Below are positions 26,594 through 34,850 of a DNA stretch of 64,000 nt, piece after piece. The stretch is from Treponemataceae bacterium (GTDB lineage Bacteria; Spirochaetota; Spirochaetia; Treponematales; Rectinemataceae), in assembly GCA_963678065.2 (NCBI GenBank), contig CAXXVZ010000003.1, forward strand, positions 1,472,001-1,536,000. The letters run 5' to 3'. The notes under the pieces are model-generated. The model saw only the letters and a program-made list of their open reading frames with translations. It ran no database searches and had not been told where the DNA came from. Positions within the stretch are counted from its first letter, which is position 1. Each line of letters starts with the position of its first letter. Both the position numbers and the translations under genes were made by a program.

Positions 26594-29533
26594 ATGGTTT
26601 TCCGGCGGTCTCAGATCCTGCGGCCCCTCCTCTGCTCCATACTGTTCCTCGTCATTTCCGGGCTTTCGGGAGGATCGGGAGCGCAGGCCCTGTCGTTCGG
26701 CCGGAAAGTATTCCAAATCCGCACCGCTCACTTCGTCATCCATTATCCCCGGGAACTGGAGAGTCTGGCCCTGCGCCTCGCTTCCTTCGCCGACCGGGAG
26801 AAGGAAGGACTCGAGTCCCTCTATGGAAGAGATGCGGGATACCCCATCCCCGTCCTTTTGAGCGACGAATTTCCCGACCTCAACGGCTATTCGACCTCCC
26901 GCCCTTCGGACCGCATCGTGATCCATGTCGCGGCTTCCGGGCTCACAGGCCAGCTCGCGGGGCTCGACGACACGCTTCGCTCCGTCTTCGTCCACGAACT
27001 GACCCACAGCCTCAATTTCCGCTCGCGGAGCCCCTTCTGGAGCTTCCTCGCGGGGATAGCCGGCGATGCGGTGAATCCCGCCATGTGGATCATGCCCTCC
27101 TCTTTCGTGGAAGGCTCGGCTGTCTTCAGCGAGAGCCGCGGCGGGAGTGGGCGCAACAACGACCCCGCCGCGCAGGAGATGATTCTGCAGGCCGTGGTCG
27201 AGAGGCGCTTCCCCTCCTTCAACCAGCTTTCGGGCGCGATGGATTCCTGGAATTCGGGCAGTATCCCGTACATCTTCGGCGGCGGCTTCGTCGAATACCT
27301 CGCTGCGACCTACGGGAAGGAGAAACCCGGCCAGCTCTGGGAAGACGCAGGAAGGGGCAATTTTCTTTCGGGATTTGGCGGGACTCTGGCCGGAGAAGGG
27401 ACATTCCGCGCGGTTTTCGGAAAAAACCTCGGGGAAGCGTGGAAGGACTACGAGGAGAGCCTCGCGAGGCCGAACCCGGAGCCACTCGCGGCGCAGAAGA
27501 TCCGCGGCAGCCCCTCCCGCATAGTCGCCCTGTGCGCCTCCGGGGATTCGCTCTTCATCGCCGACGCCGAGGCGGGGGCGGTGACGGAGATGGACACTGC
27601 GACCGGGTCGGAGCGGCGTCTCTTTGCGGTCGATGGCGCTGTCGAGAGGATCGAGGCCTCAGCGGATAGGACGAAGCTCCTCGTCTCCTGGCGGAAGGAG
27701 AACGGGAAGGGCCTGACTGTCCCGACCGTCCTGACCTTCGGGCGCGACACCGGGGCGAAGTCGGGTTCCGCGCTGACAGGAATCCGTTCCGCCACATGGG
27801 ACGGGGACGGCGTTGTGGCGGTCAGGGACTCGGGATTCCGTTCATGCCTGCTTCTCCCCGATGGCTCGACGATCGGGGACGGATCGGAGGTCGGCTCCCT
27901 CTCTCCTGACTTCGACGTTCCCGTCGTGGGAAAGGCAGGAAAGCTGTACGCTCTTGTGCGTGTGGGAGGAAGGACAGGGATCGGCAAAATCGACACGCAC
28001 ACAGGGCAGGTCCTCCTTCTCGATGCCGGACTCGGGCAGCCGCGATCGCTTTCCGCCGGGCCCGGAGGAGCGATCCTGGTCTCCTTCACCCTGCCGGGGA
28101 GCCTTTCCCGGCTCGCCATCCTGAAAGACGGTGAAACAGGGCCGGAACTGGAGATGCAGTCCCGCGACATCTCGGGAGGCGTCCACATCCCGGTCATGAC
28201 CGATTCGGGCGAACTGTACTATGCGGGCTGCTTCGTTTCGGGTGAATACCTGTGTCGGCTGCCCGCGGAGATACTCGGCTCGATGAGAAAGATCGAGTGC
28301 GCGTGGGTCGAGGCAGGCGTGAAGCCCACCGTGAACGACCGGGTAGGCGAGAAAAACACGCGCGCGGACGAAGAAAAAGCCGCCGGAAGCGGAAAAACCG
28401 CCAGTGACAGCGCGGAAGGCGCCGCGATCGCCGCAGCCGCAGCAAGGCCGGAGAGTGCTCCGGCCTTGCCCCTCCTTTTCCGCACCTTCCGCCTGCCCAT
28501 CCTCGACGCGACGGGCGCAGGTATCTTCATCCAGGGTGCGGACCTGACCGAGAGACTCGCCTGGAGCCTCGCCACACGCTACTCGTGGAAATACTCGGGG
28601 CTTTCGGCCGCCTTGAGTGTATCGGCGAAATCAGGACCACTTTCCCTGTCCTTCGGAGTCTCGGACACGTTCTCCGAGGGGGGAAGCGTTCCGGGAAGCG
28701 GCCTGCACATCGGCGGCGCAGGTCTTTCAGCCGCTTTCAGCAGAAGTTTCGCGCCTGAGCGCAGGCGCTTCGGCGCGGGCGCGTGGATGAACCTCGCGGC
28801 GCTTGCGGATGGCGTCATGCCAGGCCGGGCATACGGCTCGCCCTGGAGCTTCGGATCGGCGAGCGCGGGCCTGAAAGCGGGCTACTCGGACTGGCTTGTC
28901 TCGCGGTATGCCCCCTTCGGGACGAAAGGATTCTCGATCGCCGCCGGACCCGATATCGAGCTGGCTCTCGAATCGGCGGCCGGAGCGGCCCTCTGTTTTT
29001 CGGCACAGGCGCGCGCCGCCCTGCCCGCGGGGTTCGAGTTCACGCTCTGCGGCGCGTTTTCGCCCGATGGGAGGGTCGCCTTCGGACCCGTTTCGCGGAG
29101 GCTATCCTTCGGGTCCGGCTCGCGGGCTTCGGCCGTCGCCATTCCCTATCCAGCGTTCGAAGAGTACGGCGCGGTTTCCGCATCGAGCCCCTGGTACGCC
29201 TTCGCGGAAATATCCGGCAGGGCATTTTCGGCGGAAATACAGCGGGGAATTCCCTTCCCCGGCTTCGGGACGCCCCTCTATCTGCGGCGGGTGACGGGGC
29301 GGGCGGGATTCCGTCTCGCGGCCTTCGAGGAGAAAAGCGCCGCCGGAGATCCCGCCTCTCCCGTGGTCTTTCCGGCCAGTGCATTTTTCAGGATCGAAGC
29401 GCAGCTCGCGCTGACACAGTCCTCGTCGTTCGTGAGTTCGGTGCGGCCCGGAGCGGAAGTCTCCTGGGCGACCGACAGGCGACTCGCCCCCTCGGCCTTC
29501 AGGCTCGGCATCTACCTCTCGGTGATCCAATGA
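26594..29533 (+). CDS. Large exported/outer-membrane protein with HExxH gluzincin domain, propeller-like middle and beta-rich C-terminus
   Basis: AAGGAGG RBS, signal peptide, HELTH...FVEG motif, amphipathic C-terminal strands. Confidence 0.65.
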   Translation: MVFRRSQILRPLLCSILFLVISGLSGGSGAQALSFGRKVFQIRTAHFVIHYPRELESLALRLASFADREKEGLESLYGRDAGYPIPVLLSDEFPDLNGYSTSRPSDRIVIHVAASGLTGQLAGLDDTLRSVFVHELTHSLNFRSRSPFWSFLAGIAGDAVNPAMWIMPSSFVEGSAVFSESRGGSGRNNDPAAQEMILQAVVERRFPSFNQLSGAMDSWNSGSIPYIFGGGFVEYLAATYGKEKPGQLWEDAGRGNFLSGFGGTLAGEGTFRAVFGKNLGEAWKDYEESLARPNPEPLAAQKIRGSPSRIVALCASGDSLFIADAEAGAVTEMDTATGSERRLFAVDGAVERIEASADRTKLLVSWRKENGKGLTVPTVLTFGRDTGAKSGSALTGIRSATWDGDGVVAVRDSGFRSCLLLPDGSTIGDGSEVGSLSPDFDVPVVGKAGKLYALVRVGGRTGIGKIDTHTGQVLLLDAGLGQPRSLSAGPGGAILVSFTLPGSLSRLAILKDGETGPELEMQSRDISGGVHIPVMTDSGELYYAGCFVSGEYLCRLPAEILGSMRKIECAWVEAGVKPTVNDRVGEKNTRADEEKAAGSGKTASDSAEGAAIAAAAARPESAPALPLLFRTFRLPILDATGAGIFIQGADLTERLAWSLATRYSWKYSGLSAALSVSAKSGPLSLSFGVSDTFSEGGSVPGSGLHIGGAGLSAAFSRSFAPERRRFGAGAWMNLAALADGVMPGRAYGSPWSFGSASAGLKAGYSDWLVSRYAPFGTKGFSIAAGPDIELALESAAGAALCFSAQARAALPAGFEFTLCGAFSPDGRVAFGPVSRRLSFGSGSRASAVAIPYPAFEEYGAVSASSPWYAFAEISGRAFSAEIQRGIPFPGFGTPLYLRRVTGRAGFRLAAFEEKSAAGDPASPVVFPASAFFRIEAQLALTQSSSFVSSVRPGAEVSWATDRRLAPSAFRLGIYLSVIQ

Positions 29534-31989
29534 GCGCAGGAAGGGGACCCTCTGTGGACAGCTCACAGCGATTCAGTCCGGAGGCCATCGACAGGCTCAT
29601 GTCCGAAATCGAAGACGCCGGGGGCAACGAGGTCTTCGCGGCCGGACGCCTCGACGCCGAAGGAAAGGTCGCCGAAATCCTCGTCGCCGCGCGGGGAACG
29701 AAATCCGCCGTCCCCGCCCTCGCCGGCTTCCTCGAGCGGGGCGACGTCATCATCCACAACCACCCTTCCGGCTCCCTCCAGCCGAGCGACGCCGACATCC
29801 TCATCGCTGCTGAGGCGGGTTCCTCGGGAGTGGGCTCATACATCGTCGACAACGCCGTCGCCCGAGTCACCGTCGTCGCCGAGCCCGTGCGCAGGAAGGC
29901 CTACATCCTCCTCGATGAGGACGAGATCGGCGGAGTCCTCGAAGAGGGCGGCAAACTCTCGGCCATGATCCCCTCCTATGAGCCGAGGAAATCGCAGATC
30001 AAACTCACGCGCGACATCACGAGGGTCATGAGCGAGGGCGGCATCCTCGCCGCCGAAGCGGGGACGGGAGTGGGAAAATCCTACGCCTACCTCATTCCCG
30101 CCTTCGCCTGGGCGATCCGCAACGAGGAGCGCGTCGTCATCGCGACGGCGACGATCAACCTGCAGAAACAGCTCATCGACAAGGACATCCCCGTCGTGCA
30201 GTCGCTCTTCCGCAAAAAGACGAAGGCTGTCCTCGTGAAGGGCCGCGGAAACTATCTCTGCCGCACCCGCCTGCAGGAGGCCCTCGACGAGGAGGGCATC
30301 TTCGCGGGCGAAGATCACCCTTTGCGAAAAATCCAGGCCTGGGCCGAGGCCGGCGGCTCGGGCGACCGCTCGGATCTCTCCTTCTGGCCCGAGGAATCCC
30401 TCTGGAACCGCGTCTGCTCGGAATCCGACAGCTGCTCGGGCCTGCGATGCCCCCGGAGAGAAGAGTGCTTCGTACTCAGGGCACGGCGGGAGGCCTCGGA
30501 CGCCCAGATCATCGTCGCGAACCACCACATCCTCTTCTCGGACCTCGCGACCCGCATGAACGGAGCGGGATACGAACAGACGGCCGTGCTGCCACCCTTC
30601 CGCGCCCTCGTGTTCGACGAGGCTCACGCCATCGAGGCGAGCGCGACGAGCCTGTTCTCCGAAGAGTTCTCCCGCTTTTCCGTCAACAAGAAACTCTCGC
30701 GCATCCTGCGACGAGTCCGATCCCGGACCTTCGGCATTATGCCCCGCCTTATCGCCCTGCCCTCCTTTCCCGGCCACATGCTGGACGGCCTGCCCGAAGC
30801 GATCCGCTCCTGCAGGGCCGCCATGGAGCATCTCGACCTCCAGGCCCTGGGGCTCTTTGCCCGCGAGAGGACCTGGCGTCTCGCGGAACGGAATCCGGTC
30901 ACGGAAAATCTCCTCCTCGAACCGATGCGGCAACTGGAAACCAGCCTCGGAGCCTGCGCGAAGCTCCTCGGCGAAGCCCTCGAAGCCTGCCCCGAGGAGC
31001 TCGCCCAGGAGCAGGCAGTCCACGAGGCCCGTCTTTCCCAGAGAAGCCTCGGCCAGCTCGCCGCCCTCTGCGCGAGATTCCGCAACTTCGCGGACCAGGG
31101 CGAGACGGTCTTCTGGCTGGAGAAGGGCACGACCGCGAGGGGAGAAGCCTTCGCGGAATACACGGCGACGCCCCTCGACATCACCGGAACGATGAACGAA
31201 GCCGTGTTTTCAAAATTCCGGAGCATCGTCTGCACCTCGGCCACCCTCTCTGTCGGCGGCTCCTTCGACTTCTGGAAGGGAAGGATAGGCCTCGCCCGCT
31301 CCGACACCGAAGTGGAGACCTCGGTCTATCCCTCGCCCTTCCCCTTCAGGACGAACGCCCTCCTCGCCGTGGACAGTTCGGCGCCGACCCCCGACAAGCC
31401 CGCCTTCAAGTCCCACGTCGAGGGAGCGATACTGAGGTTGCTGGAGGCCTCAGGCGGCAGAGCGCTCGTCCTCTTCACCTCCCACGAGGCGCTGAAAAGT
31501 GCCTACGAGAAGGCAAAGCCCTTCCTGGCGGGGCTCGGGATCGCCTGCATGCGCCAGGGCGAGGACGAGAAGGGCCGCCTCCTCGAGGCCTTCCGCAGGG
31601 ACATCACGAGCGTGCTCTTCGCGACCGATTCCTTCTGGGAAGGGGTCGACGCGCCGGGCGAGACCCTCTCTCTCGTCATCATCTGCAAGCTTCCCTTCCG
31701 GGTGCCCACTGACCCCGTCCAGATGGCCCGCAGCGAGGCGGCCGAAAAGCGCGGCGGCAACGCCTTCATGGAAATCAGCCTGCCCGAAGCCGTCATCCGT
31801 CTGAAGCAGGGCTTCGGACGCCTCATCCGCCACTCGGAGGACAGGGGGGCCGTCGTCATCCTGGACTCGCGGATCGTCACCAAACGCTACGGCGAACTCT
31901 TCGTGTCGAGCCTGCCTCCCTGCCGGCTGGTCACCGAGAGTCTCGACGAGGTGACGAAGAAGGTGAGGCAGTTCCTCTTCGACTGGTAG
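29530..31989 (+). CDS. dinG: DinG/YoaA-family helicase with N-terminal JAB/MPN domain
   Basis: EAGTGVGKS, DEAH, Fe-S cysteines, FWEGVD and QGFGRLIR motifs; N-terminal HNHPSG...SDAD. Confidence 0.85.
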   Translation: MSAGRGPSVDSSQRFSPEAIDRLMSEIEDAGGNEVFAAGRLDAEGKVAEILVAARGTKSAVPALAGFLERGDVIIHNHPSGSLQPSDADILIAAEAGSSGVGSYIVDNAVARVTVVAEPVRRKAYILLDEDEIGGVLEEGGKLSAMIPSYEPRKSQIKLTRDITRVMSEGGILAAEAGTGVGKSYAYLIPAFAWAIRNEERVVIATATINLQKQLIDKDIPVVQSLFRKKTKAVLVKGRGNYLCRTRLQEALDEEGIFAGEDHPLRKIQAWAEAGGSGDRSDLSFWPEESLWNRVCSESDSCSGLRCPRREECFVLRARREASDAQIIVANHHILFSDLATRMNGAGYEQTAVLPPFRALVFDEAHAIEASATSLFSEEFSRFSVNKKLSRILRRVRSRTFGIMPRLIALPSFPGHMLDGLPEAIRSCRAAMEHLDLQALGLFARERTWRLAERNPVTENLLLEPMRQLETSLGACAKLLGEALEACPEELAQEQAVHEARLSQRSLGQLAALCARFRNFADQGETVFWLEKGTTARGEAFAEYTATPLDITGTMNEAVFSKFRSIVCTSATLSVGGSFDFWKGRIGLARSDTEVETSVYPSPFPFRTNALLAVDSSAPTPDKPAFKSHVEGAILRLLEASGGRALVLFTSHEALKSAYEKAKPFLAGLGIACMRQGEDEKGRLLEAFRRDITSVLFATDSFWEGVDAPGETLSLVIICKLPFRVPTDPVQMARSEAAEKRGGNAFMEISLPEAVIRLKQGFGRLIRHSEDRGAVVILDSRIVTKRYGELFVSSLPPCRLVTESLDEVTKKVRQFLFDW

Positions 31990-32335
31990 AGCTTTAGTTT
32001 CATCGCGGCCCTGGTCGCCGGGTAGGATGCTGCAACACCCTGAGGATTGCCAGGCACACCTCACACAGCATTGGGATCGATGCTTTCTCAAACCCTTGGA
32101 CGAAGATCTGGCTGGTTATGAGCCCGCTCTTCAAATGCGTGTATGCACAGTCAAACTGAAAAGAACAGACACCTCTTTAAATAAAGAAATGCTTATAATA
32201 GTAAGCAAAATGTATATTACAATAAAGAAATATAGTATTTCAAAAACAACAAACAAGGATACATAATCGTTTTAGGCAAAGTGCAAACGAACATTGTTTT
32301 AGTGGGCCGACAATATCTGTCTACCGGGAGGGAAA

Positions 32336-33112
32336 ATGCCGTATCGGCGATGGTATTCACTCGTCTTGGCCATCATCTTGGTATCCTTTTTTTCCTGCTC
32401 TCAGACCTTTCTTCCGACTGAAGAAGAGTGCGGAACCATAAGTATAGAAATGCCGCCCCTTGCTCCATGGTTAGGCGATAAAAAAACCCCCGCCCTATCG
32501 GAAGAACGACAACCAGAAAACATGGATGATTCCGCGCGGGCATGGATGGTAGCGTCCAGCGTCAAGTTCGATCTCTACTCCGGATCCTCCATTGCGCTGT
32601 CATGGACCTTCAATCCGGCGTCACCCGGCTGGGGTTCCGGAACTGGAGTAGGGACCTCCACAAAAACTGGAATACCATCAGGGACATACACCAAGCTTGT
32701 TGCCTCCATATTCAATAATAATGTGTCAACCTCCACTCCCGTGGTAAGTGGAGAAGTACTGTCGGTCACGGTAAATCCTGGTTCCACCACAACGCGTACC
32801 ATTACGTGTTTTCCGGTTAGTTCCGTATTCATCGGAACGTCCGGAACGTATTCGTCGACATACAGTCTGGTCACACGTGCGGAAAAATGGTTCCGAGTGG
32901 AATCCCCTTATTCCAATACAAGATTTTATGTGAATTCCGTATCCGGCGACATGGATATCTACATCTTCGGGCCGGATGGCTCGTTGCTAGGATCGCAAGC
33001 GTCTAGTGGAACCGGAGAATCATCCGTCGTCCTCTCTACTCCTTCAAATCCCTACTATGTGGTCATGTTCGCCTATTCGGGCGGTTCGGGAAAAATAAAA
33101 TTCTCAAACTGA
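32336..33112 (+). CDS. Lipoprotein, Ig-like + PPC-like domains (paralog A)
   Basis: Lipobox FFSC; GDMDIYIFGPDG...YYV PPC-like pattern; paralog of the next gene. Confidence 0.7.
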   Translation: MPYRRWYSLVLAIILVSFFSCSQTFLPTEEECGTISIEMPPLAPWLGDKKTPALSEERQPENMDDSARAWMVASSVKFDLYSGSSIALSWTFNPASPGWGSGTGVGTSTKTGIPSGTYTKLVASIFNNNVSTSTPVVSGEVLSVTVNPGSTTTRTITCFPVSSVFIGTSGTYSSTYSLVTRAEKWFRVESPYSNTRFYVNSVSGDMDIYIFGPDGSLLGSQASSGTGESSVVLSTPSNPYYVVMFAYSGGSGKIKFSN

Positions 33113-33163
33113 TATGACCCCCTCGGTGGGTTGTATATAGACCGTCGTCATTAGGAGGATGCT

Positions 33164-33958
33164 GTGAAAAAGGTATGCATTCTGTTGTGTGCTGTACTGA
33201 TGGTTTTCGCAGGATGTGACATGCTGGGACTCAAAGAGAAAGAAGAAACAGGATCGATCACGTTTTCGATCAGTCCATTCGCTCCATGGCTCATGATGAA
33301 AACGGCCGGGAGCGAATCCCGGGGATTGGACAGTACAGAAGAATCCAAAGCCTGGATGGCCGCGACGAGTGTCAGACTCGACCTGTATTCCGGAACCTCG
33401 ATCGTGAGGACTTGGACTTTCACCAATTCATCCCCCGGCTGGGGGACAGGCACAGGAACTGTCGGTACGTCTACACAGTCCGGTATCCCGGTCGGAACCT
33501 ATACAAAGCTTGTGGCTTCCGTTTTCAATTCATATACCTCAACGACGACGCCTGTTGTTACCGGTGAAGTTACAAATGTAACAGTCAATGTCAGTGCAAC
33601 CACGAATCTGACAATCACCTGTTTCCCCGTCAGCCCTGCCAGCCTGTCTGAAGGCAGCTACTCTTCCGCATTCAGCTTGGTGCAGTACGCAGAAAAATGG
33701 TTTGTGGCAAGTACCTCCACAAACAGTACAAAATTCTATTGCAAATCAAATTCGGGTGATACGGATATATATGTTTTCAAACCCGATGGGACCTTGCTGG
33801 GTGCTTCGACTGCCACGACGACCGATGAGTATGTAACTCTCGACACACCTTCCAATCCATATTACATCGCCGCTTTCGCGGTAGCCGGCGGCAACGCTCA
33901 AGTGAAATTCATCGCGAATACTCCGGATACAGGTACGATCGGCGTAACAGTGAAGTAA
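33164..33958 (+). CDS. Lipoprotein, paralog B, with extra C-terminal beta-strand
   Basis: AGGAGG RBS, lipobox FAGC, strong similarity to 32336 gene, tail DTGTIGVTVK. Confidence 0.75.
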   Translation: MKKVCILLCAVLMVFAGCDMLGLKEKEETGSITFSISPFAPWLMMKTAGSESRGLDSTEESKAWMAATSVRLDLYSGTSIVRTWTFTNSSPGWGTGTGTVGTSTQSGIPVGTYTKLVASVFNSYTSTTTPVVTGEVTNVTVNVSATTNLTITCFPVSPASLSEGSYSSAFSLVQYAEKWFVASTSTNSTKFYCKSNSGDTDIYVFKPDGTLLGASTATTTDEYVTLDTPSNPYYIAAFAVAGGNAQVKFIANTPDTGTIGVTVK

Positions 33959-33963
33959 ATAAT

Positions 33964-34037
33964 GGAAACCGCATGACAGGCCTCGAGCCTGCCGTGCGGT
34001 TTTCCTGAAGTCTCCGGAAAGACCGCATGAGGCAGGC
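33964..34037 (+). promoter_or_regulatory. Intergenic three-arm alternative stem-loop
   Basis: Arm 33987-34005 is complementary to both 33964-33981 and 34016-34037. Confidence 0.55.
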
Positions 34038-34074
34038 CGATTGGCAGTTCCATGGAGCATGAAAAAGGATCCAT

Positions 34075-34812
34075 ATGAAAAAGCTTGGTTTACGTCGGAA
34101 ATGGGTCATTCTTTCCGTTGTAGTTATCCCTCTACTAGTCTCGTGCGATTTCCTGATTGGCCTTACGAAATCTCAGGATAAAGGCCGTATCGTAGTATCA
34201 CTGTCTTCCGATATGCACGGTCGAACGATTTCACCGCCAACCGATCTCATCGTTGTCGCATACGATATTGATGGATCGGGTCCCTCAGGAAATTCGTTTC
34301 ACTATGAAAATGCAAGCGGTTCGCTCTTCACTCGCGAGGATGTAGCCGTAGGCACCTGGAGCATCACGGCGAGAGGAAAAAACGCGGCAGGAGGCGAAAT
34401 CACACGTGGTACGGTATCGCTGTCCGTATCACCCGGAACGACGGCAACAGCCACTCTGCTGTGTACACCGATCTCTGGTGCCGGAACGCTGCAACTCTCT
34501 CTTTCTTGGCCTGCCGGTACGCTACCCTCACCGTATGCAGAAGCGACAGTAACCTCGTCTGCCGGAGCGGTTCGGAATATCACGTTCTCGATCGCGGGAA
34601 CAACCGCCTCTTGGTCTGCAGACGATCTTCAGAATGGTTATTACACGCTGGGCGTCAAATTGAGGACTTCGGGCGCGGGAAGTTCTGTGGCATGGTCGAG
34701 GACGGAGACTGTTCTGATTCTGTCCGGATCGGTGACGACTGGCTCGTGGGCACTCGCAGAATCTGATCTCGACCTTCCCGAAGAAGGTGTAATCGGCGTG
34801 ACAATACAATGA
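34075..34812 (+). CDS. Lipoprotein with two Ig-like domains
   Basis: Lipobox LVSC; homologous to the N-terminal part of the next gene (GSGPSG.SF, W.I.A.GKNAAG.EI, NG.YTL..KL). Confidence 0.7.
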   Translation: MKKLGLRRKWVILSVVVIPLLVSCDFLIGLTKSQDKGRIVVSLSSDMHGRTISPPTDLIVVAYDIDGSGPSGNSFHYENASGSLFTREDVAVGTWSITARGKNAAGGEITRGTVSLSVSPGTTATATLLCTPISGAGTLQLSLSWPAGTLPSPYAEATVTSSAGAVRNITFSIAGTTASWSADDLQNGYYTLGVKLRTSGAGSSVAWSRTETVLILSGSVTTGSWALAESDLDLPEEGVIGVTIQ

Positions 34813-34850
34813 TGTCACGGTGTATCGGCCGAATCGATGATGGAGAAATT

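Noticed and set aside
29530..31989. DinG as a type IV CRISPR CasDinG
   Set aside because: No csf/cas genes or array; looks like a chromosomal Fe-S DinG.
32027..32266. 79-aa ORF at the island border
   Set aside because: No RBS or motif; runs through an AT-rich promoter-like region.
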